Positions 50,095 through 64,000 of a stretch of DNA of 64,000 nt are shown here, in pieces (within the stretch, counting starts at the first letter, position 1; each line of letters starts with the position of its first letter). The stretch lies in NCBI GenBank assembly GCA_015680685.1, contig MNCI01000001.1, forward strand, positions 378,524 through 442,523. Reading direction: 5' to 3'. The DNA comes from Gnetum montanum. Lineage: Eukaryota; Plantae; Gnetophyta. The notes below the pieces were generated by a model. It worked only from the letters and a program-made list of their open reading frames with translations, did not search any database and was not told the DNA's origin. The position numbers were made by a program, and so were the translations under genes.

Positions 50095-52864
50095 CTAAGG
50101 ATGAAGGCTCTTGTAGTGCACATGGTTCTTCATCTTTTCTTAGTGTTGCTGATTCCTGAGGCTATTCTGCTATTACCACTAGAATTTTGAAAGCATCCAA
50201 AAGTGCTTTCATCTTTTTCTCTTTGCTCTATGGGTCATACATGATCTAGGAATCTTCACCTATATGGGCTAGTGTAGCAATGTCCCATGGGCATGGCATT
50301 AATGGAAACATATTCTTTGTGTTGATGAACTAGGCTACAAATGTCTTACATTCAATGTCAAACATCTTTACAAGGTTATGTAGCTTCTAGTATTCATTCA
50401 TCCTCCTTGCTAGGTTCTTAGAAATAGATCGTTGGTCAGTGAAGTTGCTTTTGAGAACTTCAAGATCTACGTTGGTTTTCTCCAACTTTTCTTTTGTTAC
50501 TTTAGGAAGCTAAAATTTCACCTCATAGAGGATGTAGGAGTTGGCAACCTTCTTTTTCAATTCTAATCTTATCCTCCCCACTGCTAGCATTGCCAAGTTT
50601 GCATATCAAAGGTTCATGAGCTTTATATACTTTTTCATCTCCTAGATTTACAACTCTTTTAGGGAGATTTCTACATTATTAGATGCATTAAGTCTATTGA
50701 AGATGGGTTTCCATACATCACCTCTTTGTTGGAGTTGTTGAAGGGCCTCGTTCATTTTTATCTTTGTCAATTTTATTTTATTTTCTCATTGATCTCCTTG
50801 AGTAATTCAACTTGGTCCTTGTAATGATTCTTCACTTGTTCTAATTTTAGTGCCTCATCCTTCTAGGTGGCTACTCAATTATAGTCTTCTAGTGAAGAGC
50901 ACAAACCTCCTACATCGAGAAATCTTGATTTTCTAGTATTAGCCTCATCAAGTTCGAGTTCACCATTGTAAGTTAATCTTGTTGTTATAATATATGCTTG
51001 ACTAGCTGGTCCTTTTATTGCTCAACATTTCATAAGTGGTGATTGTCCTTGATGAGGACCAAGTTCATGTTGTGAACCTATGACATGTCCTTGTCAATGT
51101 TGTTGGCCATAGCCTCTCAGAAGAGCACATTAAAGATTACCATTTCCTTTGCATTCTCGGCTTGTTTGTATTTTTGCTAAAGCTATTAGAAAAATTCATC
51201 CTATGTAAGCTCTAGCCTAAGAATGGTGGGGTTAGAAAGATGGGACCTCAACTCAATAGATTTAGTAGCTAATCATTGGTTGGTCATAGTAGCCATCTCA
51301 AGTTATGTATTAGTAATTAGTAGGTTTTCCCTTGTCTCTTGTAGCTATGACTAGTTCATGGTGATTTTATCCAAGAGATCAAAGATCTTTAGAAGCAATT
51401 ACACTACTTCCACTAGTCTTTATAACACCTTCTCATGTTGGGTAGTACTCATTTGATCACTTCCTACTCCTATAGATGCTCTATTAGCCATCATCTATGG
51501 TGTTATCTCTTGGTCCTTATGTTGTTTCACTAGGATTGTTAAAGCCTCACCTTCCTCAAACATGACTAGGAAAGCATAACTTTTCCCAAAATCATAGGAA
51601 ATATTTGTCTAGGTATGGACACTGTGATCTTCTCGGTACTTTGATTGGACCTTGTGGTTGCCTAGTTTCTCTACATGGAGAATAACAAGGCTGTATGACT
51701 ATTTAGCTAGTTGATGGTTCTTGTGACCTTGTTCAAATGACTCATGGCTAGATGGTACATGGATGATTCTCCACCACTTGCACAGCCTTGTTGTTACTAC
51801 AACCACTACTCCCAAAGCTTTTTGATTCATATGGTAGTTGTAAGCATCTTTGGTGTAGTTTCTAGGACCATAGGTGATGGTGGTAGTAGCTACTTCTCTT
51901 CTTGCAGCTTTGCTACTACCTATCCTTTATCATTTTCCATCATAATATAGCAAGAGCATGGCAGACAACATCATTTGAGTAGTGAGCTATTCCTCTCCTT
52001 TTGCATAGCTTGTGGATTAAACATGGGAAGGGAAGTGTCTTCCTATCCTTCTCATTCTTCTTGAGATATTTCTCAATGTCTAGGAAAATTTCTTAGGGTA
52101 GGTTAACCAAGAATTCCCCACTTAGAGTAGCACATGTTCTTATAGAGAAGACTATTATCTCATTGGGCCTCATCATTGGGTTTAGGTAATAAGACATAAT
52201 TTTGAAATATACTTTCTTCATCTTTGTAAGGGCACTGTACTCCTTATGGTCCATCTTGTCACATCACAAGATCCATTCCTTCTTGGCCTTTACATTCTCA
52301 CCTATGGTGATATTTTAGCTAGTTTTTCCTTAGTGTTGGGAACATCGAGGGATTTTGTTATGGCCTCTACCAAATAGGATATGGTGATCTCCTTGATTTT
52401 TTACCAATGCATCTCCTTGTTAGTTATTCAAAAATAAGTATGTCTCTTTTCATATACTATTCTCTACTATTAGAGGGAATGGACCACAAGGGGGATCCCT
52501 CTAGTTATATTCAGACCTCCTATGATGCTAGTTCCAAGAAGAATTTAAAGTTCAGCTTCTGAAGGATGGAACTTTGGACCTCCTTAATCCTAATGCATTC
52601 TAAATAGTCCTTGGTTAGGATGACTTCCAATGTAGGCCTTGTTCTAGGAGCCTCATCCTACCTAGATTGGATTCTTTTGGTAGTGGAAATCTACATGACA
52701 AATTTCACTTTGGGCTCTTCTTGAAGATGTCTAGTAGCATGTGTGACCTTGGCCACTTGCTCTTAGAGTTATGGTTGCTACTATTGTTTATCCCTTCCTC
52801 CTTAGGATTTCTTTCTGATGGGCTTTGAAGGCCCTCCTACTTGTAGTCCTTATTTTGGGGCCAT
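50095..52864 (-). pseudogene. Decayed env-like ORF, copy B
   Basis: Duplicate of 16418-19178. Confidence 0.5.
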
Positions 52865-55244
52865 TTGTGATCACAAATGTAACCCATGATCAACTTTTTA
52901 TTTCATAACCTCTAGTTGTTTGACTAGCTTTCTTATTAGATCAGGTTATATTTAGTTATTGGGTGTTAAGGGTTGATCATTTAAGTGTTTTTTTATGATC
53001 TTGACAATGTGTATTATTTTAATATTATTTTATTTCTAACTATCAAATTTTATTTATTGGTCTTAACCCTTTATGATGATTAATTTAATATTATTTTAAG
53101 AGATTGACCATGGGAAGTTAGAAAAATTTCAAAAACTATTTTGAGATAAACCAAAGGTTTGTGTTTCTCACAAATTAAAGTTTAACTTTGCTAGCTCGAA
53201 GGGTCAAAGAATGAGTGAAAACAAGTTAATGATTGGTGAGTAAGAAGGTTTGGATGGTTTTTGGACTCTAAAAAAATACAAAAAATTCTCTAGTGCTTTT
53301 GGAAAATGATGAAAAATGAGCCAAGTTCATGCATATATATAGACTTTTTATACTATGTTGACAAGGCTACATAAACTCAACACACTACATTAATAGGGTA
53401 GTGTTTTTTTTGAGAGAATGTTCGGGTTTGTNGAAAAATTTCAAAAACTATTTTGAGATAAACCAAAGGTTTGTGTTTAACACAAATTAAAGTTTAACTT
53501 TGGTAGCTCGAAGGGTCAAAGAATGAGTGAAAACAAGTTAATGATTGGTGAGTAAGAAGGTTTGGATGGTTTTTGGACTCTAAAAAAATACAAAAACTTC
53601 TCTAGTGCTTTTGGAAAATGATGAACAATAAGCCAAGTTTCATGCATATATATAGACTTTTTATACTATGTTGACANCCCCACCATTGTAATTGTTTACT
53701 CGTGTACCATAACTTTTAGTTATGGTAGTGTTAATGTAGCTATTCATAGCTATTTTTCACATTAATAACTAGAGAAATTTTAGATGAGTTTTGAAATATA
53801 ACAAGAGATAGATGGAAGTCAGAAAGATGGAGGATAATGATACCAACATAGAAGATAATAGGTGTAACCTAGAAGAAGCAATTCTAGTGGATTTGGATAA
53901 AGATACGATATTGTATAGAGAAAACTAGATGTTTGAATGATACTAGAATGATTGATCAAGTAAGTAACTTATTGTTAGGAAATTTAAATTAAGTTAGACC
54001 AAAGGGATGCAAGTGGATCCTTCCAAAAGTAGGCACAAATCTCTTGTGTCATTACATACCTTCATTGTAAGAAGTTTGTGGACCCCAATGATGATAAATG
54101 ATTGAGTTACATTAAATCTCATACCAATGAAAGAAATTATCCAAGTTTTATGTGATCTAGAAACAAAACTAAGAAATTTCATATGGCATGAGACAGTGAG
54201 GTGGTAAATCATGAGATGAATGAATGATAGAGAGAGGATGTGAAAGAGAAAATTGGCATCTTAGTCACCCAATATTTCTGGTGAAAATGGTGATTAAGAT
54301 AAAATGATACTAATCCATTCCAAGTTGAGACCAAGTCTAGTTCTCTTTAAGAAACCTTGCATTGACATAGGTCCACTCTGCATTTATTGAATGTTTAGGC
54401 CAACTCCAAAGGACAATCATCACTCCAAGAGAAGAATAAAAGGAAATAAGGAAGTAGAAAGGACCTTAGGTAGAAGGGTGTCTTTAGGCAAGGGTAACAT
54501 GTCTTTCCAACCCCATAACCAATGCTTCTAATCCATTATGGAGTCTAAGGGATGTGATTTGAATTCCCATGTGTTTGTGTTTTTTTTCTCACAAAAAGCA
54601 CATCATCTAAAGAAATGCTTCCTTTTATGGTAGATGGTAGGAGTGATGACATACTAGTGGAATTTTATAGAACTTAATAATGATGTTGAGAGAAACCATA
54701 TCAAATCCCCTTGAGCTCACATCCTTTTTCATTCCCTCTTGGTCCTTTCCTAGTTTGTTGGATAGCAAGATCATTGATTAAGTTTTAGGTTTTAATGTGA
54801 AAGAACCTTGTGCTTCTAGAATACTAATTTCTCCTGGAACAAATAAAATGGATGAGTGTCATGAGCACATTTCCTAATACCACTACAAAATTGAGAGAGT
54901 ATTAGTAAAGAACATAATCCAAAGACAAAAATTACCCTTTTTGGTTAACCAATCATAATAGTGATAGCTTCTTTAATACTTATTAGATTTGTAGTAGCAA
55001 GAATAAAATCCAAGATTTCCAATAAAACAAGATGAAATTAATAAAGACAAAAAGAAAAAGAAAAATATTTAAAATAAGCAAGAAAATATGTAAGAAATGA
55101 AAACCATATAAAGAATAGTAAAAAAAAGGTGAAATTTTGGTTAGCCTTATCAATGTGTTATCACATATGGCCATCTTCCCCACAACTATGATGAGAGGAG
55201 GAGATTCAAAAAATGTGTAGAGGTATCAATGTTATTAGTTACTT

Positions 55245-57810
55245 TGGGTTCCAAGAATGGCTTAACTTATTGTAGGTTTACCAAACTTCATTTTTGAGAG
55301 CTTGATAAGTGGTAGATGATCATGGATTTGGAAGAAAAAGTTGCATATATGATGTAAGATCCTTTCCATTATGTTTGAAACTTAGTGCATTGTGGCACAT
55401 GCATGGAATTCTAATAAAGAACCTTATCACCAAGTCAGAATTTAACTCTTCTTATCTATGCATCATGACATTGTTTGAAGTGTATCTTATGCATCTCATT
55501 CATCATTAGCACTACTTGTTAGTTCTTATCTAGTACATTGAGTATCACTAGTCATTCTTTTTGTACTAGATTAATGTTAAGGTTAAGCTTACAGGCCATT
55601 TTGAGTGTATGGAGTTTGGCTTGAATTGAAAGTTTTGCTAACTTTCTATACACAAACTCATAGGAAGAGTAGCTATAGGAAGCTTCCAAGTTGAATGATA
55701 TGTCCAAAGACAATCATTGAGTTTAGTACTCTAGTCCTTTCTATATCTATAGATTATTTGTGTTAGTATTGTAGTGATTTTCCTATTTGTAACTTCAACT
55801 TGATCATTAGCTTGGGGGTGATAGAAGGTTTTGAGTTTATGTTGCATCCTCAAGTGTTGCACTAGTTTCTAAAAAGTGGATCATGAGAAGTGGATTCCAT
55901 TATCAGAAATGAGTGTTCTAGGCATACCAAACCTATTTACCACATGTAGTTATACAAGCTAAGATACAATGGTAAATGTATAGTCTAATTCTATTTTATC
56001 TTTAAACCTCTTAATACAATAGTCAACAACAACAATGATGTAATCCATCCTATTTAACATGAGAGTAATGGTTCCCATGAAGTCAATGCCCTAGAGGTCG
56101 AAAGGCTTTAGTGGTCAGATCCACCGTTGGATCCCTTTCAATAGTGTAGTCATTTTTCCATCTATTTAATAGTGCTCACATGAATGAAAGAAATGATAAG
56201 CATCTCTAAAGATCATTGGCCATAAATATTCTTCCATGAGAATCTTCATAGTTATCCTCCTCATGTAGTGGTCCCCAAAAGAACCCTCATGAGCATCTTG
56301 AAGGATGTGAAACTAATCATCATCAAGTACATACCATCAAATTAGGCTGTTGACAAAAACCTTGTAAAAGTTACCATGGATTTCCATGTATTAGTTAACC
56401 TAATGAAGAAACTGTTATTTCATCTTATTGTCCCATTTAGCTTAGATCTCCTGTGTGAGAAGATAGAAGAGGAACTCATGATACTAATTGGTATTCTTGG
56501 GTTCTTCAATATATGGATTTAGCAAAGAGGAGTTTATCTAAAAAATAATTAGATAAAGGCTTCTTATCCTCTTTGTTTTCTCATTGTAACTAAGACAAGT
56601 GATTGACAACCACATTCTTAGGTTTTTTTCTTATTCATCATGGTTAGATCAAATTCCTACAAAATCACTAGCCATCATATGACATGAGAGCTCATCATCA
56701 ACTTATTCATTAGGAAATGGATGGTACTATGGTTAGCATACACAAAGATTTGATATACAAGAACATAGTCCTTGAATTGTTTTAAGACATACACCACTAC
56801 CATGAGCTTCTTTATAGTTTTGGTGTAATTCAGTTATACATCCACAATGCTTCTTCTTGTACAATGGATGTAATATGGGAATTTTTTATCATTCAATTAT
56901 ATAAGCACCATCCCCAATATGTAGTTGGATGCATTTTTTATTATGTGAAATGATCTGGATCAATTTGGAGCATATAGAATGGGAGTTTCTATGAGCATCT
57001 TCTTTAACTGCTAGAATTCTTATTTGCATTTGCTGATCTAGTTAAAAGATGTATTTTTCTTTGTAAGTTTCACTAGTGGTTGGTGATTTTGGGGAAATTA
57101 TTGATAAAGAACATATAGTAACTAGTATGTCCAAGGAATGACCTCACATCTTTTATAGTTTGAGGTTATTTGGTTATTTTCTTGATCACTTGTACTTTCT
57201 CCAAGTCCACCTCAATCTCATTTCTTGAAATTTGGTGCTCCAAAATAATGTCCTTGTGGATTATAAAATGGCCCTTTTTCCAATTAATCCATAAATTTAT
57301 CTCTACACAATGCTTCAATACTTGCTATAGATGGTCCAAAGCTTATTCAAAATTGGTACCATAGGTGGAGAAGTCATTCATAAAGACTTCTATACCAATA
57401 CTAATTTGTTGTTGAAAAATACTAAGTACTAGGCATTAGAAAGTTTTAGGAGTCTTACATAGGCCAAAGGACATCTTCTTATATTTAAAAGTTCCCCAGG
57501 GACTTTTGAAAGTTGTTTTGGCCTAGTCTTCTAATGTTATTTGAATTTGGTTATAACCACTATAACCATCCAAAAAACTGTAGTAGTTATGCTCTAAAAT
57601 TATATCCAACACCTAGTCCACAATTGGAAATGGAAAAATATCTTTAAATGTTTACATATTCAATAGCCTAAACTCTATATAAATCTTCCATTTTCCTTTT
57701 TTCTTTGGTATAATCATGAGTATGCTTACCCACTCACTATCTACTATAGGATAAATGAATCCTGCCTTAAGGATTTATTCCACTTTATCCTTAATAACTT
57801 TCTTCACACT
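55245..57810 (-). pseudogene. Decayed gypsy pol of unit 2, copy B
   Basis: Duplicate of 21230-23790 with the same leader/RT fusion junction. Confidence 0.85.
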
Positions 57811-58542
57811 GATGCCTATCATCCTTCCTTTGATGCTTATGACCACGATCGTGATCATGATCTCCTTTGTTCCCATTTTCTTGACTTGCTTCTTCGGATC
57901 CATTTTTGTCATTGGATTCATTTTAACTAGAACCAGGATTATGCATTGTGGATTGTACATTCTAGTTGAGGGCTCCTTGAATAAAGCCAAAGAGAGGAGA
58001 ATCACTAAAGAAGTGGTTGCCTTCATCAATTGGTCCAAGTAGAGGTGGAAAGATATTTGACCCCTTTCCCTTCACAAGCTCATGTTGGTTCTCTAGCTAC
58101 CGATCCCTTAATTTTTGTGCTTCATTGGATGATAATCCCTTGAGTTGAGATCTCACATCTCGTATTCTCCATGAAGATGTTGAAGCCCGTGTCATGTGAG
58201 CATTAGCTTGAGCATTGTTGGAATAGATCGATTAGGTGGAAACATAATGTTGCCTTCCATATCATGACACTGCATCAATTCATCTTGATGTAAGATGAAG
58301 GTAAAGTTTGGTACATACTCATTAGGATGAGCATACACCACCCAGTATTGTTGAGGCACCTAAACTACCCTAGGCAAAGATGGGCTCCTGTAAGAAGAAG
58401 ACATTTTGTGTTAATAAATAGTGTGTAGTTGATATTTAATTTAATGATAATAATTTTTGTTTTCGTAGGATTTTACTCTTACGGTTTGAACAACGAGATT
58501 ACTAAGTTTCACTAGGTTTAGATAGCACAGGAAGAACTATAG

Positions 58543-59409
58543 TCCTTGACAATGGTGCCAATGATGAGTAGCAAGGTACTCCTATGCCCAACCATATGAA
58601 TCACAAGTGTTCATGTGCAATCCAGTTGAATTCCACAAACTATAATTACTAAGTGTACTAGAGCTAAAAAGTCTGTGCATGTTGTTCATTCGTTGTATTC
58701 CCAATTCCACTTGTGGAATGCAATTGTATGATTAAGTGTAACTGAGGCATAAGATTTTTAGTATTTTATGTTTTTATGGAATTACTCACCTAGAATAAGA
58801 AAAAAAGTAAGAGCGATTAATTGCTAAGTAAACTATAGTCTAATCTAGCCTAACACAAGTAATTGTTCCCACTTCTTGAACACATCCTAAACATTGTGCA
58901 AACACTGCTAGGCTATCAAACACCAGTCATTTCTGAGCTACCAAGTGTCACACGTATGCTTGAAGGGGTTATGCTTGTGTAATTTAATGATTTTCTTAAT
59001 TGATTAAAATTAATTGCTGCATAAATAACATTAATGTAAATTGCATGAAATATAAATGCATAAGAAAGAAAATCTCAAGTGCTACAAGGAATGGATAAAA
59101 AAGCTCATCTTTATTGCCAACACAATGGTGTGCCCAGGTACATCAATTCTTGAATAAAGATCTATTCACACTTAAATCTCCTACTGTGGGGACTTGGAAA
59201 ATATTATAACTTTTAAATGGACAAACTACAAGAGTTTCACTATTGACTGCTAAAAAATTCCTCACAATGATGCACTTGGACACTATATTTATAGATGCAG
59301 GAGTAACCCTGTGATATTGAATGTACGATATCACATCTTAGGCCACGATATCAGGTACCTAATATTGTAGCCACCCCAATATTGGAGTGATGAAAAATAC
59401 AATTTATCA
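58543..59409 (-). mobile_element. PBS (58543-58561) plus full-length shared LTR2 (58562-59409), copy B
   Basis: TCCTTGACAATGGTGCCAA, then TGATGAG...AATTTATCA, then TACCCCCACGACTAAATAAAAACTCGTCCTCAAG (reverse-complement Athila-type PPT region). Confidence 0.9.
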
Positions 59410-61413
59410 TACCCCCACGACTAAATAAAAACTCGTCCTCAAGTACAGAAGAAGAGGAACAAGTCCTTTATAAAATATAAAAAGGGTTGTGGACTTATTT
59501 GATTTACATGCAGAGTGACATAAATAAAATAGACAAATACAAGAGTGCCCAAGCATACAATATTACAATGGTGTACAACATTCAATGTTCATGACAATAG
59601 GAAGGAACACCAATAGATCCAAAGGACATCCAACCCCTCTTGGCAATAGAAGAATGAGGGAGAGGTAGAAGAGATCCAGTGGTTAGGAACAATATCCGAT
59701 GAGTGATATGATTACATCCTCCTTGGTGATGATAGTCCCGCTTCTAGTCTACAATTCCCACTACAATCACAACAAAACTAAGGATTAGTATTTATAGTGC
59801 AATAGATAATGGCTAAGTACCTTGTCTTGTTGATGATTTTATCTAGCCAAGTTGTGATTGTGATAGATTGGTTGCTTAATGTTATTAGTGGAAATACTGA
59901 CGAATGGGTTAAATAAGAGAAGCAATCCATACAATTCAGAAAAAACTTAACACAAGGAGTATTGGAAAGAGGGTATTCACAACAATAAAAAGGAGCTCAT
60001 TACAAACAATTGTGAAGGTGCATTCAATTGGATGACATGGATGGGATAAATAAAAAGAATTTGATTGTAACAATGTCTACGGATAAAGAACTTAACTTAA
60101 CCAAACAAAAAGATATGCAAGTGGGTCCTCCCCAAAGTAGGCACAAGCCTCTTATGCCCATGCATAACTTCAAACTAAGGAGTCCATGGGTACCATGGAT
60201 GATTAATGGTTATGAAAAGTTAAGTACAAAAATCCAAAAGTAACTAACTGAGAAACTCAACACATCAAACCAAAACATGAAACTAGTAGTGAGATGAGGT
60301 ATGAAAGCATAGATGGATAATAGAGAGAGTGGAATGAAGTTCTTAATTATGATCACATGCAGTCCCTTGTGGAGTTAGTGATTAAATGACTTGGTAGGAT
60401 CCATCCTCAGTCTAGATCAAAACCAACCACTTTTAGTGACTTCACATTGACATTCTAAGGCTAGTTCATCCCATGAGACATAAGAATGCTCCCACAAAAC
60501 AACCACTATTCCAAATTGGAGTGAAGGTAGGAAGTGAGAAAGGGCCTTAGTTAGAGGAGACAAGAAAAGTCTCATAACCAGTGCTTGTAGCCCTTTTATT
60601 TGGTCTAAGGGGTGTGCTTTGAATTCCCATGTTTGTTTTTTTTAATGGAAACCACACCATACAAAGACCCCATGCATTTTTTACATTTATTTTGTCCAAG
60701 GGTGTGCTTTGAATCCTCATCTTTTTTCTTATGAGGACCACACCATGCAAGGAATTATTTGACTTCCTATTATGAAATGATGTAGAATGGTGAGGAGCTT
60801 CCAAGAACACTCCTACACACAGGAAAATAGAAAAGAACAAAGAACATCAAATCCCTTTGCCACACCTTATCCAAACCTTTGAATCCTTCCTGATTCCAGA
60901 AACTACACAAGTCACCAATTTATTAAAGTTGGATTAATAAAGAAGAGACTGCATTCTTCCAAAAATAGGAAAACCATAGAGTATGTGGATGGGTGGATGA
61001 TGTGGACTCATTGCCTGTTACATGAAAAGAAACCATGTCCTAGTCATTAGTAATGACATTTAAAGTTAGAAACTAGACATCAACAATCAAATTACAAATA
61101 AAGCATACCACCATCAAGTAGTGCATTACCATTGTACCTTCCACCTTATTAGTAGAAAAAGTAGGGAAACACATCAAACATAAGCAAACATAACCATAAA
61201 AGAAAGTAAAAGAGTAGAAAATAGATATTAAATATATTAACATTGGTGTAAAAAAAACTAAGAAAAGACCAATAACCTTAAAAATACAAATATGTAAAAT
61301 AAAGAAGATGAAAACAAAAAGTTATAAAATCAAAAATGTGTAAAACAAAAAGGTCAAAAATTGAGGAGCCACCTAAGGTGTTAGTATGGGTGGCCATCCT
61401 CCCCATGAAAAAG

Positions 61414-64000
61414 TTAGAGGGGAGAGATCCAAAAGATTGAGCATGGTTGTCCATTTGACAAGTTGTTTGTTGCATTGGTTGGCTTGAGCTTATGGAAAGG
61501 TTTCATTTGTTGAATGTTGACTAGTTGTTTCTTGTCTAGGATATCAGGTTTGTAGATGATCATGGCCCTATATGAAAAAGTCTCATCAATGATGTAACAT
61601 CCTCCCCACAATGTTTGAAATTTGGTTTGTTGGGGTACATGTGTAGGATTCCAATATAGAACCTTGTCTCCTAGTTGAAACTTGACTTTTCTTATTTTAA
61701 GGTCATGGTGTTTCTTGCTGAATGCCTTATGCATTTCATTGGATAATAGGGCCATTAACCAATTTTCATCTAGCAAGTTCAGACACATTAATCATTCTTT
61801 CTGTGCTAGACTTAGATCTAGGTCAAGGTCATAGGCTGTAGAGAGTGTACAGAGCTTGGATTGGATGGGAAATGTTGGTAGTTTTTCGTACACAAGCTCA
61901 TAGAGAGAATAACCTATGGGAAGTTTTCATGTGGAGCGATTGGCCCAAAGGGCATCATTTAATTTAGTGCTCCAATCCCTTCAGTATTTTTTAATGGTAT
62001 GTGTTAAGATTTATGTAATCTCTCGATTAGTGACCTTAGCTTGGCCATTGGCTTGGGGGTGATATGGTGTTGTGAATTTATGTTTAACCCCCAAGTGTTG
62101 CATCAGCTTCTAGAAAGTGGCACCTATAAAATGAGTTCCATTATCAGAAATTAACGCACGAGGTACACCAAACTTGTTTACAATATTTTGTTGTACAAAC
62201 TGAGCAGCAGTGGTGGATATACAATTGGTGATAATTGTTTCTTCTATCCACTTGGTACAATAGTTAGCTACAACTATTATATATGCCTTTCTATTTGATA
62301 AAGGTGCAATGGGACCCATAAAGTCAATGCCCCAAATGTCGAATGGTTTAAGAGGTTGTATCCATTATTGTGGCCCCTCCATTCGAGCTATCATTCCATC
62401 ATTCCTCTGGCAATGATCACAAGCACGAACAAATTGATGTACGTCCCTAAAGATTGTTGGCCAATAATACCCTTCCATGAGGATTTTTATGGTTGTGTGT
62501 CTCCTAGCATAATGGCCCCCACAAGGACCTTCATGAGCATAGTTCATCCATATCAGAGACACACCAATGTACCAAGCCATCGGGACAAACCTTGTAAAGG
62601 TTTTCATTAATCTCTATAAAATATTTAAACCAATGAAGAAATTGTTATTTCCTTCTAGTGTCTATCCCTTGTGGTAGTTCTTGCTTAAGTAGATAAGTGA
62701 GGATGGTATCATACAATTTTAGTCCATTGGGCATTTGTGCATTAATAGCACCTGCAAGGAGAGATTCGTCAAGGAATTGATCAGATAAAGGGCTATCTTT
62801 CTTCTTGTCATCCCATCTCAGTCATGATAAGTGATCCATGACCACATTCTCCACACCTTTATGATCTACCATCGTGAGATTGAATTTCTACAAAATCACG
62901 AGCCACCGTATAACATGGGAGCTCACCATCGGTTTGTTCATTAGAAGTTTGATGGCACTATGATCTATGTGCACAAACACTTTATAGCCAAGCACATAGT
63001 GCCTAAACTTCTCTAAAGTGAACACCACTACCATCAAATCCTTTTCTATGGTGGTGTAGTTTAGTTGTGCACCTGTGATGCTCCGGCTTACGCAGTGAAT
63101 GTAATATGAACGTTTTTGATCATCCATCTATGTAAGAACTGCTCCCAAAGCATAATTCGATGCATCAATCATCACATGAAATGGTCTAGGCCAATCTCGT
63201 GCTTGAAGAATGGGAGTTGCAACAAGCTTTTACTTCAATTGTTAAAATTATAATTCACATGCAAGGGTCCAAATAAACAATGCATCCTTTTTTGTCAATT
63301 CTACTAACGGCTTGGAAATTTTGAAAAAATTGTTGATAAATCATGGGTAATAGCCAGTATAACCAAGGAATGACCAAAATTATTTGACTATTTTAGGTTG
63401 GCAGGTTATTCCTTGGATGATCCTTATGTTTTAGGATCCACCTCAATTCTTGCTTTGGAGATGCGATGCCCCAAGACTAGGCCTTCCTACACCATGAGAT
63501 GGCTCTTTTGCCAATTGAGCTAGAGGTTTTTCTTAGCACATCTCTTCAACACCTACTTAAGATAGTCTAGGGCTTGCTCGAACATAGCTCCATAGGTAGA
63601 AAAATCATCCATAAAGACTTTTACCCTGCTACTGATATGTTGTTGGAAAATGCTAAGAACTAATCATTAAAATGTGGTTGGGGCATTTCATAGACCAAAT
63701 GGCATCTATCAGTAGGAAAATGTTTCCTAAGGACTTGTGAAAGTTTTCTTTGCCTAAGGAATTTAATTATAGCCACTATAACTGTCCAAAAATCTATAAA
63801 ATTTGTGCTCTGAAATGGTGCCTAGCACTTGGTTGATGAAAGGCAATGGAAAATGATCCTTGAAAATTGCCATATTGAGTAGCCGAAAGTCAATGCACAC
63901 CTGCCATTTTCCTTCTTTCTTTGACACAATCATGAGTGGGCTAACCCACTTACTATGTATGATAAGATAAATGAATCCCACTTTGAGGAGTTTTTCAATC
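61414..64000 (-). pseudogene. Decayed gypsy pol of unit 1, copy B (RT-RH-INT; continues beyond window)
   Basis: ORFs 63763-63981 (WVSPLMIVSKKEGKWQVCIDFR...KDHFPLPFI), 62888-63127 (RNaseH), 62365-62607 (HHCC), 62110-62319 (LISDNGTHF) and 61414-61788. Confidence 0.93.

Larger units (their letters stand above)
6933..64000 (+). other. Putative giant first coding-region intron of the MADS gene (>=57 kb as assembled; 3' end not in window)
   Basis: Canonical donor at 6933 and no recognisable I/K-domain exon downstream; the region is almost entirely repeats. Short exons could have been missed by eye. Confidence 0.5.
41813..64000 (+). repeat. Large direct duplication, copy B (continues beyond window)
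   Basis: Starts immediately after the n at 41812 with TATATAGGTTTACAAAATTTATG (= 8693); the window end corresponds to 29981. Confidence 0.97.

Noticed and set aside
53121-53722. 244-bp duplication with short foreign-looking spacers
   Set aside because: Bounded by n at 53432 and 53677 and single-copy in copy A; assembly artefact.
1-64000. CRISPR array, rRNA, intact tRNA or prokaryotic defence system
   Set aside because: No repeat-spacer structure, structured RNA gene or operon-like ORF density; all evidence indicates plant nuclear DNA.

Overview
Eukaryotic land-plant nuclear DNA. It is AT-rich and strongly CG-depleted, and it comes from a fragmented assembly (one 411-N gap, five single-n joins). 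The only host gene visible is the first coding exon of a type II (MIKC/MEF2-like) MADS-box transcription factor (+ strand, ATG 6631, phase-2 splice donor at 6933). It sits in a CpG-rich island (~5440-7240). No I/K/C exons are recognisable downstream, so the remaining ~57 kb is either one giant TE-filled intron or the gene is truncated. That stretch holds an unclassified AT-rich repeat in short and long versions, RTE-LINE 3' fragments, a 19.3-kb three-LTR chimeric Athila-type Ty3/gypsy array on the minus strand, and a third decayed Athila-like fragment. A >=21-kb block (8693->=29981) is repeated at 41813->=64000 with roughly 3-9% divergence, starting at an assembly join. Upstream of the gene lie a degenerate 10-11-bp repeat, a probable gypsy PPT+LTR and an L1 zf-RVT fragment. 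I see no evidence of a wholly new biological system. The most unusual items are the MADS gene's 5' architecture and the composite retroelement bracketed by inverted RTE ends. All alignments, translations and divergence counts were done by eye.
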